Assembly: GCA_963765765.1 (NCBI GenBank)
Contig: CAVXYC010000014.1
Span: 318,590-382,589, forward strand
Reading direction: 5' to 3'
DNA from: an uncultured Chloroflexia bacterium
GTDB taxonomy: Bacteria; Chloroflexota; UBA6077; JACCZL01
Length of the DNA: 64,000 nucleotides
Notes under the pieces: model-generated
Databases searched by the model: none
Told to the model about the DNA's origin: nothing
What the model saw: the letters and a program-made list of their open reading frames with translations, nothing else
Part shown: positions 21,664 through 32,992 of the stretch, one piece after another
Numbering within the stretch: the stretch's first letter is position 1
Layout: every line of letters starts with the position of its first letter
Program-made: the position numbers and the translations under genes

Positions 21664-22671
21664 CCGGACTGGGGCGCGATCGAATCGCGCTGCCTACTAA
21701 TTTCGATCATCAAGGCCACCCGGGCTTGATCACTCTGGACAAGCCCCTCAAATATTTGGCGGCACGTTTTCGAGAACGTCGACGATTCTCATGATCGCCG
21801 TTTAAGGAAATGCGGCCCAGGCTGCCAGACCTAAGATCGCCCCGTATTTAGCTCCATACACTTGTTGAAGAGACGTCCCGCAACGTTGAGTCGTTGTAGG
21901 GGCCTTCCTGACGTCTCACTCATCCTACTGCGCCTGGCAAATAGACTTCCATTATTAAGTAGACGAGTAACGCGATATAGACGTGCGGATAAACCGACAG
22001 GGCCGCGGCGCCCAAAGTCATGTTTAGTTTGGCCCAGACAGGCTGACGGCATATGTGTGGAATTGCACATTCGGCATGCCAGATGTCACTTCGAAGCAGG
22101 TCTTCGAGCTTGGACTGCAATCGTGGTGGTCTGGTGACTGAACCAGAGCCGAATCCGCGGCCTGAACGCTCCTAGTCATTTCATGACGGTGAGTAAGGCT
22201 GAGTGGACGTGCGTGAAAAGATGGAGGGCTAATGGTCACCTGCATCACGCGCATCGCGGCCCAGCAAGTCTGACGTTTGCTGACGCGGAACGGCGATCTG
22301 CCGGAGCCTGTCCGCGCCACACTTAAACGGGGCCGCCATCGAACGAATGGCTGCTGACCCAGGTGTTGAATCGAGCCAAAGCGAGGCGATCGGGTGGCTT
22401 CAAGCGACATCACGGCTCGCTGGGGCTCTGCGGCCGAGGCCACCACTCCTGCTCGGATCTCAGCAAAAGCTGACTCTGTGACTTTCCAAGCTTGCCATTT
22501 CAATGTCAGACCGACGAGGCCATTACGATCAACAGTACGGCGATACATCGACGCGGCGTACGTCGTCACCCATGGTGAAATTTCCGTCTACGTCGCGCCG
22601 CTCGCCTGGTTCGGACCGGATCATGGCCTCGCGGGATCGGGAATCATCCCAAACGTTTGAGCGATGAACAG

Positions 22672-23196
22672 CTACATCCTCAATGCGGCGACGATCGAGC
22701 CAATTCCTCCGAGGATCGCCATGAAGCCAAGCAGGAACGGTAAGGCGACCACGCCGGCAAGAGGATTGAAGAGCAGGGCAAGGCCAAACAACACGCTCAG
22801 ACCACCCAGAATGCCCACTCCCCAGCTCTTGCTCGAAATTCCCTGAATCACCCCTGCGATCCCCAAGCCCATGCCCAGCATTCCGACCACGGCGATGAGG
22901 ATAGTCGGGACGAGCACCGTCGACCAGAGTGGGTGCTGGACGATCAAAATTCCAGCCATGATACCGAGCATGCCACCGAGGAGCTTCCAACCCCAGCTCG
23001 TTCGGTCAAGAAAAATGCTAACGATTGAGAAGATTCCGGCCACGAGCCAATAGAGTCCGAGGCACTGAATAACCACAACTGAGGTCTCGCCCGGCGCAGT
23101 TAACATGAGGGCGCCGAGGATGAGAGCGGCAATTCCCCCAAGCATCGGCAACCAGCGGGGTGTCTGCGTTTGAGCAGGTAATGTCGTAGCGGCCAT
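22672..23196 (-). CDS. HdeD/DUF308 family membrane protein
   Basis: repeated GIAALILGALML...LGLYWLVAGIF helices; AGGAG RBS. Confidence 0.85.
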   Translation of the reverse strand: MAATTLPAQTQTPRWLPMLGGIAALILGALMLTAPGETSVVVIQCLGLYWLVAGIFSIVSIFLDRTSWGWKLLGGMLGIMAGILIVQHPLWSTVLVPTILIAVVGMLGMGLGIAGVIQGISSKSWGVGILGGLSVLFGLALLFNPLAGVVALPFLLGFMAILGGIGSIVAALRM

Positions 23197-23625
23197 GATT
23201 CTCTCCTTTCCTTATATGACCTTTTCCGGGCAGTCTAGCTTCGCTGGCGACTGCATACGGGGTAACAACTGACACCTACCCCGGAGTGCCATGCCGCACA
23301 TTGCGATGGTCGCATCGAGTCTCGCTTTTTTACCGGCTTCTCTTGTCCACCGCGGCTTTCTGGGATCCCGCAACCCCTTGAGCGGCGAGCCCTCGCAAAA
23401 CGCTGGCGCAGATGTTCCAGCGCCGATGACAGGACCTCGATCCCTGGGCGCGGTCTCATCGGTCCCTGGTCTATCGTGGTCGAGCATCTTCATCACCTGG
23501 GTGTGCGTCTTCCCGACGGCAGGCCTCACCTGGTGAACACCGCTCGTGTCGTGGCCGAGCTTCTGGGACGCCGCATCGAACCACTAACCGATGGCATCCA
23601 AATATCGTGTCGAGATGCCTAGTCC

Positions 23626-24036
23626 TCAGGCGTCGATGTGTCTGAATTCGCATTGACGACGCTGGGAGCTTCCATTGGGCCTGGGGGCGGGTGAGAGCTG
23701 ATTGCGATCAACGAGACCCAATTCGATTGCTCGAACCGCCGCCTCGGTTCGGCTAGCGACGCCAAACTTCCTGAAAATTCGCCCAAGATAGTTTCGCACC
23801 GTACCGGCACTCAGATGCAGCTCGTCGCCAATCTGCTGATTGGTGGACCCGCGAACGAGCTCACGAATGATCGAAAGCTCACGTCCGCTGAAATTCGATG
23901 GAGCGCTGGCAGTGTCTTGCGACTGCTGATCGATAAGCTGGCCGATCAAATCGTGCAGTCGCTGCTCCCGTTCCAGAAGCTCACGAAGCAAGCCTTCTTG
24001 CATTTCGGTCCGCTTCCTCTCGGGCAATCGGCGCAC
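23626..24036 (-). CDS. coiled-coil + LuxR HTH protein, resembles the isolated C-terminus of 9775-12006
   Basis: TNQQIGDELHLSAGTVRNYLGRIFRKFGVASRTEAAVRAIELGLV closely matches the end of the 9775-12006 protein. Confidence 0.75.
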   Translation of the reverse strand: MRRLPERKRTEMQEGLLRELLEREQRLHDLIGQLIDQQSQDTASAPSNFSGRELSIIRELVRGSTNQQIGDELHLSAGTVRNYLGRIFRKFGVASRTEAAVRAIELGLVDRNQLSPAPRPNGSSQRRQCEFRHIDA

Positions 24037-24156
24037 TCCCGGGGCCCAACTTTTCGAACTGGGCGCGCAGTCGGACCATGATTTAGACTCGATTCGTTAC
24101 CCGGACGATATGACTCCGGTACGGCGGATGCAGATGACAGATGACACGCGGGACGC

Positions 24157-24533
24157 ATGCCAGAGAACACATCGGAGCAATTCGTCTGCAGATACCAAGG
24201 CCGCGGACGCGTAGGAGGACAGGTCCTGACGGATGCCTATACAGGCCTAAAACGCTTCTCCATCGCAAACTCGGGGATGGGAGCGAGGTAGTCAAAGCTA
24301 TCGAGGCGGTCGAGGCCCGGACAGAATCAGCGGCGGAAGGAAACGCTTAAGGAGGAGATCGCCGCGAGCAAGCTTGACCAGGATGGAGGAGATCGTTGCG
24401 CTGCGAGCTCTGGACAACCTGGAAACAGCATCCTGAAGGCAGTCAAATTGTCCAACAGGCCACCGGCGGCTACATCGCACAGGCCGAAGGTGGAAGCACG
24501 GCCAATGTTCAGGTGGATTCCCCGAGGAGTTGA
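24157..24533 (+). pseudogene. Bell-like helical domain protein with C-terminal amyloid-type motif (multiple frameshifts)
   Basis: stitched frames give VLTDAYTGLKTLLHRKLGDGSEVVKAIEAVEARTESA-RKETLKEEIAASKLDQD-EEIVAL...QIVQQATGGYIAQAEGGSTANVQV. Confidence 0.6.
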
Positions 24534-24544
24534 CCAGGCAAACT

Positions 24545-24855
24545 CGACCGGTCACATCCTGAACATCGCAGAGCAGGATGGTGACGCCTCCGGTGGCGAA
24601 GTTAGCCAGGTCGGCCACTGTCGCCTGTCCCTCCGGGCTGCTCATCGCGCCCTGGAAGGCCTCAAGATCGTCGAAATCTAACTCGGCCACGAGGTGATAC
24701 GGTGACTCGCCCTCCACTGCCTGGGGGGCAGCGCTGATCGTGTAGCGGCGCAGCCCCGGTATCCTGCGGGCCTTGGGGATGTGGGTTTCTTGGTAATAGC
24801 GGTCGAAGGCCGTCGGATCCGACGGCCGACCGTAGAGGGCAAGCGCGCGCACCAT
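24545..24855 (-). CDS. EthD family reductase/dimeric alpha-beta barrel protein (expected stop appears lost; ORF reads on to 24298)
   Basis: LYGRPSDPTAFDRYYQETHIPKARRIPGL...AELDFDD...SPEGQATVADLANFA; GGAGGAGG RBS. Confidence 0.85.
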
Positions 24856-24989
24856 GGTCGCCTCCTCCGCACGTGTGAGAGCTAGTCTACATCACGCCCC
24901 GACCGCGCCCGTCGCGATTCGTGAAGACCCTGCTATCGCTCCGAGCTGATCCAGAGCCTTGCCGGTGAATCAACCCTTCCGCATCCTGC

Positions 24990-25236
24990 CATGTCCCGGG
25001 GCCACCGGCGGCACCGGACTGGGGCGCGGAGCAACGCCCGCGATAGACCGGTGCTACCCGGTAGCGGCGCAGAATTCGTCGAGCACGCGGCCCCGCTCGC
25101 TTTGCTGCCTCGCTGATAGCAGCGGCCGCTGCATACTCCCGCACGCTCGTTCGCCGCACCGATCCGACCTCCCGTTCGAGAAGAATCGTTTTGATGCAAC
25201 GATCTTTCATTTCGAGAGGAAACTTGTGATGCAATT
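24990..25236 (-). mobile_element. remnant left end of an integrase-core (ISNCY/IS481-like) insertion sequence
   Basis: stitched frames SVREYAAA...YQRGSKAERGRVLDEFCAATG*HR match that transposase N-terminus; repeated tgatgcaa end motifs at ~25190 and ~25228. Confidence 0.55.
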
Positions 25237-25243
25237 CGTGTTG

Positions 25244-25391
25244 TTGACAGTCAGCCGACAATTGGCACACTGCCACGCAAGTTCGACTTACCGGTGCGAA
25301 TGACGGGAGCACAGCTGAGGAGGGCCAGGCGGTTCGTCGGGCGACATCAGCCGGTCCAGTAAGCCCCGTGGGTGTTCGAGAGGATCGTCGC
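25244..25391 (+). promoter_or_regulatory. sigma70-type promoter and conserved leader of solute-binding protein gene, copy 1
   Basis: TTGACA-16 nt-CACACT; leader aligns with 35072-35223 and 38033-38185. Confidence 0.6.
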
Positions 25392-25745
25392 ATGAGATCC
25401 AAGCCCTCGCCTCTTCTGGCGCTGGTCGGCGCGGTCATCCTTGTCATGGTCGCCTGTACGCCGGCGCCGACCAGTGCCCCAAAGCCGGAGACCGCGGCGG
25501 CCAAGTCAGATGCAGCCCCCGCGAAACCCAGTAGCGTCCAGCCACAGGGCAAAGACGGAGCCGGCCTCGACCGCCGCTGCTCGACGGACTCGCAGCGGGC
25601 GCTGGCCGACGCACGGGCCAGGTACTACGAGGCGGCCAGAGTCGAGGGGAAGCCGGTGATGTATGGGAACACCCTCTTTGGCAGCGCGAATCGATCCTTC
25701 TTCGACAGTTTGGGGCCCATTTTCCATTGGAGCCGGATGAGTTGA
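25392..25745 (+). pseudogene. truncated ABC solute-binding lipoprotein
   Basis: MRSKPSPLL...VMVACTP lipobox; TDSQRALADARARYYEAA nearly identical to the 38186 paralog, then homology ends. Confidence 0.75.
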
Positions 25746-25934
25746 CCTGGGTCTACGTGATCGACCCTGAAACGTGCGCCGCACCCGCCGCACTACGACG
25801 TGACGAAGCTCGGATACCATAGCAAGTCAGAGAGACCGATGACGCTCCCGCTTAAATGGCACTAGCCTCAACATTCGCCCAGCGACACGTATCCAAATTG
25901 TCTATGGAGCAAGTCTTCCTTCGCAGCTGTTCTA

Positions 25935-26003
25935 GCGAAGAATCTTACCCATCGGTGTTTTTCTAATCCGGCGGGGAGGATTTTCGCCGTGTTCAGGATG
26001 ACA
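25935..26003. repeat. degenerate REPIN (gcgaagaatct...ttcaggatgaca)
   Basis: matches the GTCATCCTGAG/gaaggatct family. Confidence 0.55.
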
Positions 26004-26055
26004 CCGACACCACTGAAGATCTTCTGCGAGCCGTCGGACTCACTCTTGCGAGATC

Positions 26056-27295
26056 CTAGTCCGACAGGGGAACCGTTTCTCGCTGCGGGCCTCCTTGCTG
26101 TGCCTCCCAGTGCTTTATCTGGGCGTTGACACCGTTCTCGAATTCGGCTTTGGAGATGCCGTCGGGTAGTTTGGTGAACAGCCCCAGGCGGTGAAGGTCC
26201 GCGGCGAACTCGGACTGTGTGTCAGTCAGTAGCATTGTCGGGCCAAATTTGCCGCCGCCTACGACCTCGCCTTTGAGCGCCTCGGGGATGTAGCTCGGAA
26301 CGTCCTTGCGGACGCTGCGATGCTGGTCCAGCCTGCCGGGAACATCCTGACCTTCCTTGCTGAGGAACCAGTTCGTGAACACCAGCGCGGCGTTCGGATG
26401 CGGTGCTGCCTTGAGTATGCCGAGCGTCAGCGGATTGCCCACCAGCAGCGTGTCCGGAAAGGCCAGGATCTTGAGCGGCGAACCCGCCTTGGAGAGCTGC
26501 GCCAGGTTGCCGGCGTTAACGCCTAGGCCGATCGCCACCTCACCGCGGCCGGTTGCCGCGCCCTGGTCATTGGCCGGGGAAGAGCAGCATGTTCTGACTG
26601 TTGTAGTACAGCCAGATGTCATCGAGGCTCCAGTTGCTGGTCACGTAGCCGTGTTGCACGAAGCGCGCGGCCAGGTCGCCGGTGATCTTGGGGTCCACGT
26701 AGGCCATCTTGCCCTTGTACTTCGCGTCCACCGCAAGCTCGTGGTAGCTCATTGGATAGTCCGCGACTGGCAGCAGGCTGGTGTTGACAATGATGTGGCC
26801 GTCGTATTGGCTGGTGGGTCGGTAAATTGGGATATCGCCGTCCGGGCTCATCGCCAGCGGCTGGATTCGCCAACAGAGGCCGGCTCTTTGAGCACCGGGA
26901 GCGGCTTGTCCTTGATGACCTGGAAGAGGTTCTCGCCCTTGAGCTGACGCACGAACTGCGAGCCGCCGCCGAACACGTCCGCGGACGGCTGGCCGGCCTG
27001 CGTCTCAGTTTTGAGGCGCTGCGCAAGAGGCGCGCCGCTGGCCCCGCCGACGATGTCCAGCGTGATGCCGGTGGCCTTGTTGAACTGATCGGCGAATGCC
27101 GCGCTCTCGGACGCCTGTACCAGGTTCCCGTAAATCAGAACAGTGCCTTCGCGCTTGCCAGCCTCAACGATCTTCTGCCACTGAGGGACCGTGGTGGTTC
27201 CGCGGATTTGCTCGCGGGGCATAGACGGCGCGTAGCTGCAACAGAGTCGTAAGTAGAAAGATCGTGAATTGCGAGAGAAAAGACTTGCTGATGCC
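26056..27295 (-). CDS. ABC solute-binding protein, Fe3+/thiamine/polyamine-type cluster (frameshifted)
   Basis: WQKIVEAGKREGTVLIYG...SADVF...KYKGKMAYVDP...APHPNAALVFTNWFLSKEGQ across three frames. Confidence 0.8.
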
Positions 27296-27314
27296 GGGAC
27301 CTCCTCGCGACTGC

Positions 27315-28261
27315 TCACGCGATCTCTGAGTTCAGCAGATCGGCTAACGCTGCGAGAATTGCCTCGCGCTGCGCGGGTATCAGATCCGCCTGCTGGATGA
27401 CAGCCAGGTTGGCTTCGTGCCCAGGTGTGTGCTGGGCGCTGGCGGCTTCACGCTCCGCCAGGCCCACTCGACCCCAGATCATCCGATCCGCGCCGATCTG
27501 CTGAGCAGCCCGGGTAAGTCTCCGGCGGCACATTGGCGATGGAGTAATAGATGTTGCGGTGCCGCAGCCCCGACATGAGCGCCGCCTCCACGTGCCGCAG
27601 GAAGCGTCGCCCATGTGGGCGACGATGATCGGTACGTCCGAATACTCCAGCGCCACTTCATCCAGGTGAATCGGATCGCGATATCTGAGCGGCACAGGGA
27701 CATACGTAGACGTGCTGCCCTCCCCGCCATGGCGAGTGAGGCGAAGCGTACCCGCATCGTAGACGGTGCGAATGTAGACTGGGACCTTGAATGGCCGACA
27801 CAGGTCCATGATCGGCCGAGCTTGAGGTACAGCTCCTCGGGTGGCACGGGGTCGAAGCGCTCCAGCGTAGCTCTCCCACCCCCAGGAACCCCATCTCATC
27901 GAGCTCACGCATGAGTAGCTCCACAGCCTTCGCAGTCATCGCCGCGTTACCCACCCGCGGCTGGTAATGACCGTAGCCAGCGAAGCCCAGCAGACGATCT
28001 GGATATTGCTTGACCGCCGCGCCGAGTTTGTCATTGGTGACCTGGATACCGCCGCACATCGCAAGAGATTTACTGACGCGAAGCGGTCCATCGCCTGGAT
28101 CAGCTCGTTCACATACCAATCACGTGGCCCATTTGGTGAGCCTTGGCCAGGATTCGGCAACGGATCCATCGTCGGTGGGGAGATTGAATCGGCTTCGTCA
28201 GGCCGATACTGATCGATGTCCATCATGCCGATGGGTGCGTCTGAACGTCGAGAATGAACAC
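27315..28261 (-). CDS. amidohydrolase family protein (Amidohydro_2), several frameshifts
   Basis: ILDVQTH start, QYPDRLLGFA, GFLGVGEL, PIIVAHMG, IGADRMIWG. Confidence 0.75.
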
Positions 28262-28292
28262 GTTACCCGACTCTTCCGTCGCTGACCACTTC

Positions 28293-28374
28293 GTCATCCT
28301 GAGCATAGTGAAGGCTCATTCCCGCCAGACCCAGAGACGCCGATGCGAAGACCCTTCGCTGTGTACAGGATGAC
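28293..28374. repeat. REPIN (gtcatcctgagc...caggatgac)
   Basis: inverted pair of the same REP family. Confidence 0.7.
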
Positions 28375-28391
28375 AATTCATAACGGCCCAC

Positions 28392-29636
28392 TCACTCCTG
28401 GAGTGTGATGACGTCCTGTTGTGGGCCACCGTTCTTCGATTCCCAATCCTGAATGAACCGATTTACTGAGCTCTCGAACTCCTCGCGGCTCTGCCGTCCG
28501 GGAGCTTCTGGAATAAGCCGGCCGCATGGAGACTGCTGCCAAGCTCGGATTGGGCGGGCGTGAGGGCTGAGATGCCGCCCTTCTTGCCGCCGCCTATGAC
28601 ATCGCCTCGTAGAGGCTCAGGGATATAGCTCTGCACGTCCGTCGCAAACCTCGCGTCTGCTGGAGACGGCTTACTGTGTCCTGCCCATCTTTCGAGAGGT
28701 ACCAGTTGATGAATACGAGAGCGGCATTTGGGTGTTGGCCACCTTTCAGGACGCCCATGGTGTTGGGATCACCAAAGAGTGGGGTATCGGGGAACGACAT
28801 CACCTTGATCGGGGCTCCGGCCTTCACGAGCTGCGCCAGCGTGCCCGTATTTGGCGGGATGCCGATCGCCGCCTCGCCGCGCGCCGCACGGCGCCCGGAT
28901 CGCTCGGGCCAGGGAAGAGAAACATGGACTGGTTGTTGTAGAGCGACCAGAAATCACGCAGCGGCCAGATGTTGCCGACGTAGCCATAGACCACATAACG
29001 GGCAGCCGCCTCGCCGGTAATCTTAGGGTCAACGTACACGATCTTGCCCTTGTATTTCGGATCGATAGAGAGCTCGTGGTAGCTCTTTGGGTAATCGGCC
29101 TCGGGTAGCAGATTCGTGTTGACGACGATGTGGCCCTCGTACTGGCCGCTGGTGCGAAAGATCTGTATGTCGCCGTCCGCGCTCATGGCTAGTGGATGGA
29201 GTCGCCAGACGGTGGCCGGCTCCTTGAAAATCGGCAGCGGCTGATCCTTGATCGGCGTGAAGAACCCTTCGCGCTTGACCTGGTGAACGAAGATCGACCC
29301 ACCGCTGAAGATGTCCGCCGTGGGCTGGCCGGCCTGCACCTCGGTGCGAATGCGCTGGGCAAGGGGCGCGCCGCTGGCCGCCTCGACGACGTCGATGGTG
29401 ACGCCGGTGGCTTTCTTGAACTCCTCGGCGATGGCGGTACCTTCGGCGCCCTGGAGAACGCTGCCATAGACAAGCACGGAGCCTTCACGCTTGGCCGCTT
29501 CAACGATTTGTTGCCAGGCGGGATCCTCACTGGATGCGCTCGAAGAAGGATTGGCAGACGAGGATGATTGGGCTGGGGCGCAGGCGGGCAACGCCAGCGT
29601 GGCCATCATCGCGACTAACCACCACATTCGCTTCAT
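28392..29636 (-). CDS. ABC solute-binding lipoprotein, paralog of 26056-27295 (frameshifted)
   Basis: LALPAC lipobox; WQQIVEAAKREGSVLVYG; QHPNAALVFINWYLSKDGQ. Confidence 0.85.
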
Positions 29637-29958
29637 AGCGGCCTGCTCTCGTCCGCGTGGCACGCCAAACGTTCAGCCAATAGCCAGCGGGGTGCTCTTC
29701 CGAACGAGTGACTGCCCGACAGTCTAGCGCTAGGCGCGGTCTCGTTCAAACATATCCGCCATACAAAATTTTGGGCTTGGAAAATGCCAGATTACGCAGA
29801 TTGACGCGGATGTGTCGTGGTGAACGCGGACAGTGCCGAGACGAATCCTTATTTTCTATCTGTATGAATCGGTGAATAAAGTGCGGATCGGTCATCTTGC
29901 GGCTTCCGCTGAGCTGGAGCACAATGGCAAACGGCTCGTGTCCAGAAGGGGGCCTCAC

Positions 29959-30764
29959 ATGTTTGTCAATCGCGATGGAGCTCGATTGTATTGTCGAGTG
30001 GAAGGCCACGGTGAGCCGCGCTCGTGTTCGTTCACGGTGGCGGCGTGGATCATTCCACCTGGGATGAGCACATGGAGCACTTCGCTCGGCACCACCGCGT
30101 AGTTGCGATGGATCTGCGTGGGCACGGTCAATCGGATCCGGCCGAGGCGTATACTCAGGAGTTGCTGCGCGATGACCTCGCAGCGATCATTGACGAGTTG
30201 GAGCTGGCTCCGGCTGTCATCATCGGAGCTTCACGCGGAGGCGGCATTGCCAATAGGGTGGCGGTGGATTGCCCGGGGCGCGTGAAGGCCTTGGTCTTTG
30301 TGGACTACGGAGCGGCTCAAGGTAAGTCACCTGAGAGCTCATCTTGGAAGTCCACGCCTCAGGATTCTGTCCAGCAGTTCGCCACGCTGGCGATGGATTG
30401 GCGGGAAGCCGGCGCGCGAAGGTTGGTGGACTCATGGTTTCCTGAGCCAGAGGTTCCCGAGTCGCTCAAGGAGCGGTTGGCTGGGCTGTGTATGAAGACG
30501 GACCCCGCTGTCGTGAGTGATATGCGCGTACGTGAGGCGGAGGAGCCAGATCGGGAAGAGTACCTGGAGCGGATCAGCGTGCCGACATTGATACTTCAGA
30601 GCGGGAGCGGTCGGCACCAGGGTCGTGAGCAGGGCAAGTTCATCCATGAGCGGGTAAAAGGCTCACAGCTCTTCTACTTCGAAGGCCGAGGGCATGGATT
30701 CTTCATGAGTGCGCCCGAAGAGTTTTGGAGACGAGTGGAGGATTTCCTGGCGACGCTGAACTAG
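29959..30764 (+). CDS. alpha/beta fold hydrolase (frameshift ~30020)
   Basis: FVHGG, DLRGHGQS, nucleophile elbow GASRGG, catalytic His GHG. Confidence 0.88.
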
Positions 30765-30796
30765 GCGCACGTGGCTCCGCCGCTTAATACGAGCTC

Positions 30797-30884
30797 GGCA
30801 GCCGTGGAGCGGAGTCCCTAGCGCCGGTACGGACTCACTCCACATACGATCACTGGCGGGCAGGGCGCCGGCTCCACGGCTGCC
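30797..30884. repeat. inverted-repeat element between convergent genes
   Basis: perfect 14-bp IR ggcagccgtggagc / gctccacggctgcc. Confidence 0.7.
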
Positions 30885-30888
30885 TGTG

Positions 30889-31746
30889 TTAGGGGATCGA
30901 CCGTTCTAGCGCTGGCGTCAGCGCCGCCATCTCCTCGAGCACGTCGACGCGCTGCTCGACCAGAATGCGCGCTTTCCGACGGGTCTCGCGAGCGTACTCG
31001 GGATCGATCTCGCAGACCAGGATGTCCTCCTGATCGTCGAGTATCGTGACGTTCTTGGCCTCGGGGATCGGCCAGCAAGCTCTGGCCGCCCGGACCAGCC
31101 ACACCGGGCAGGTGCGCGGCGCACGCTGCCAGTACCCAGATGGAGTTGAGACGTGCCATACCGCGGCCTGCTGAGGCCAAGACTCTGCTGCGCCTCCGAA
31201 GCCTGTCCCCCAGGTGTGGCTGGGATGCACAAGGACGTCCGCACCCTCGAGCGCCGGGATGCGCGCGGTCTTCAGGAATTGACGCTCGAAGCAGATGTTG
31301 ACGCCGAATCGGGCGTCGTCGGCATCCCAGACGGGGCTCGGAAGGTTACCCGGTGAGAAGAGATACTGCTCGTTGGCTCGACGATTGGGCAAGAAGCGCT
31401 TGCGATAGTGAGCGACGACGTCGCTCGATGGATCGATGGTGAAGACAGCGTTGAAATAGGCGTCGCCGCCCACGACGTCGTGCTCGAAGAGTGGGACGCA
31501 CAGCCAGACACCGAGCTCGCGGTTAGTCTGGGACATCCGCGTGATCGTTGGCCCATCCACTGTTTCAGCGACATGAAGAGGCTCGGGCTCGAGGGGCTCG
31601 GTGACGGAGCCGCAAGCAAAAAACTCCGGGAATGCCAGCAGCCGAGCGCCTTGATGGGCAGCCTGGCGCGCAAGGTCGATCGCTCGGCTGACGTTGTACT
31701 CAACATCGCCGAATCGCGAGGCAGTCTGGATGGCGGCGATTTTCAT
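30889..31746 (-). CDS. carbon-nitrogen hydrolase (nitrilase superfamily), frameshifted near 31150
   Basis: FPE, YRK and NICFER catalytic triad motifs. Confidence 0.85.
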   Translation of the reverse strand: MKIAAIQTASRFGDVEYNVSRAIDLARQAAHQGARLLAFPEFFACGSVTEPLEPEPLHVAETVDGPTITRMSQTNRELGVWLCVPLFEHDVVGGDAYFNAVFTIDPSSDVVAHYRKRFLPNRRANEQYLFSPGNLPSPVWDADDARFGVNICFERQFLKTARIPALEGADVLVHPSHTWGTGFGGAAESWPQQAAVWHVSTPSGYWQRAPRTCPVWLVRAARACWPIPEAKNVTILDDQEDILVCEIDPEYARETRRKARILVEQRVDVLEEMAALTPALERSIP

Positions 31747-31976
31747 GGGAGCTCCCTTTCGCGTAGAGCTTGGACTAGAGAATCCGCACCCGCAGCGTCT
31801 GCGTGCTATCACGCTGCACGGCCCGCGACTCAGCTGCCGATGGCCGCGTGAATGTAGCGAAAGCCGCGCGGTGGCCCGCACCAGCACGGCCGGATTGGTA
31901 CTCTGCCCGCGCGAGCGCTCGCGGGTCTTGCTCATGCTAGCTACCTCGCGTTGGATTACCCCGCAACGGGAGGCCG

Positions 31977-32821
31977 CTACTTCACCAATCGCGCGTACAT
32001 CTCCGGCCGCCGATCGCGGAAGAAGCCCCACTGTTGTTGCGCTACGTAGGATTCGGCTGGATCGAACTCGGTCACCAGCACCTCGTCATCGGTGTCGCTT
32101 GCCTCAGCCACGATCTGCCCTTGCGGATTGACCAGGATGCTGTGACCAGTCCATTCGCCGAACTGATGCGCGTCTTCGTCTTCGCCAACACGATTGACGC
32201 CGGCGACCCAACAGCCGTTGTTGTGCGCCGCGGCTTGAAGCTCGAAGACCCAGGAGGATTCGCGCGTGCCGCGGGTCGTGGTGGGCACGCAGATGAGCTG
32301 GGCGCCGTTGAGCGCTAGCGCCCGGAAATGCTCGGGGAAATGCCGGTCGAAGCAAATGATGACGCCGATATTGATCCCAAGCGGCGTTGGAAATACCGGA
32401 AAGCCCAGATCGCCCGGCTGGAAGTAGTACTTTTCGAACCCGGTGGGTGTCCTCCGGTGCGGCGAATGAGCGGGATGCTGCTCTTCCGATACTTGCCGAT
32501 CAGCTCGCCATCAGGCCCGATGACGGCGGCCGAGTTGTAGAACTCACTACCGCCAACCGACTCGAACAGCGGGACTACTAGCACTAGCCCGCGCTCACGA
32601 GCCACGGCTGAGAAGTGCTCGGTGGTGGGCCCTGGGATCGGCTCGGCCCACTTGAAGTAACGGTCGTTCTCTTCGAAGCAGAAGTAGATCGTGTTGGAGA
32701 GCTCGTGCAGACAGACGATCTGCGCGCCCTGATTGGACGCCTGGCAGACCAGATCGGTCGCGCGAGAGATGTTCGCGTCCTTATCCTGGCGACCCGCGAA
32801 CTGAACCATGCCGATTTTCAT
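31977..32821 (-). CDS. carbon-nitrogen hydrolase, N-carbamoyl-amide amidohydrolase / beta-ureidopropionase-like (frameshifted)
   Basis: VCLHEL, GKYRK, ICFDRHFP, VNRVG, WGFFRDRRPEMY. Confidence 0.85.
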
Positions 32822-32992
32822 GAGCCACCCTCCTAGGCGCGGCAAGGCACGGTGCTATCCGGCGTAGCGTTTCAGGCGCTGTACATATGGAGTGCCGTGC
32901 GGCTTGAACGCACCCACTATACTGCGATTCTTGGCGCCAGAGTATGCTGTTGCGTTATACGCCGCGGACGAATTCCGGAAGGGGGAAGGCAT

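Noticed and set aside
24298-24545. Apparent 80-aa C-terminal extension of EthD
   Set aside because: Not protein-like and overlaps the antisense Bell-like relic; probably a lost stop codon
25305-25322. gggagcacagctgagg resembles the 5' half of a TPP riboswitch
   Set aside because: No GAACCTGAT..AATxCCxGCG downstream and not conserved in the other two leader copies
29787-29890. cagattacgcagattgacgcggat short repeats
   Set aside because: Too degenerate to define as an element from this window
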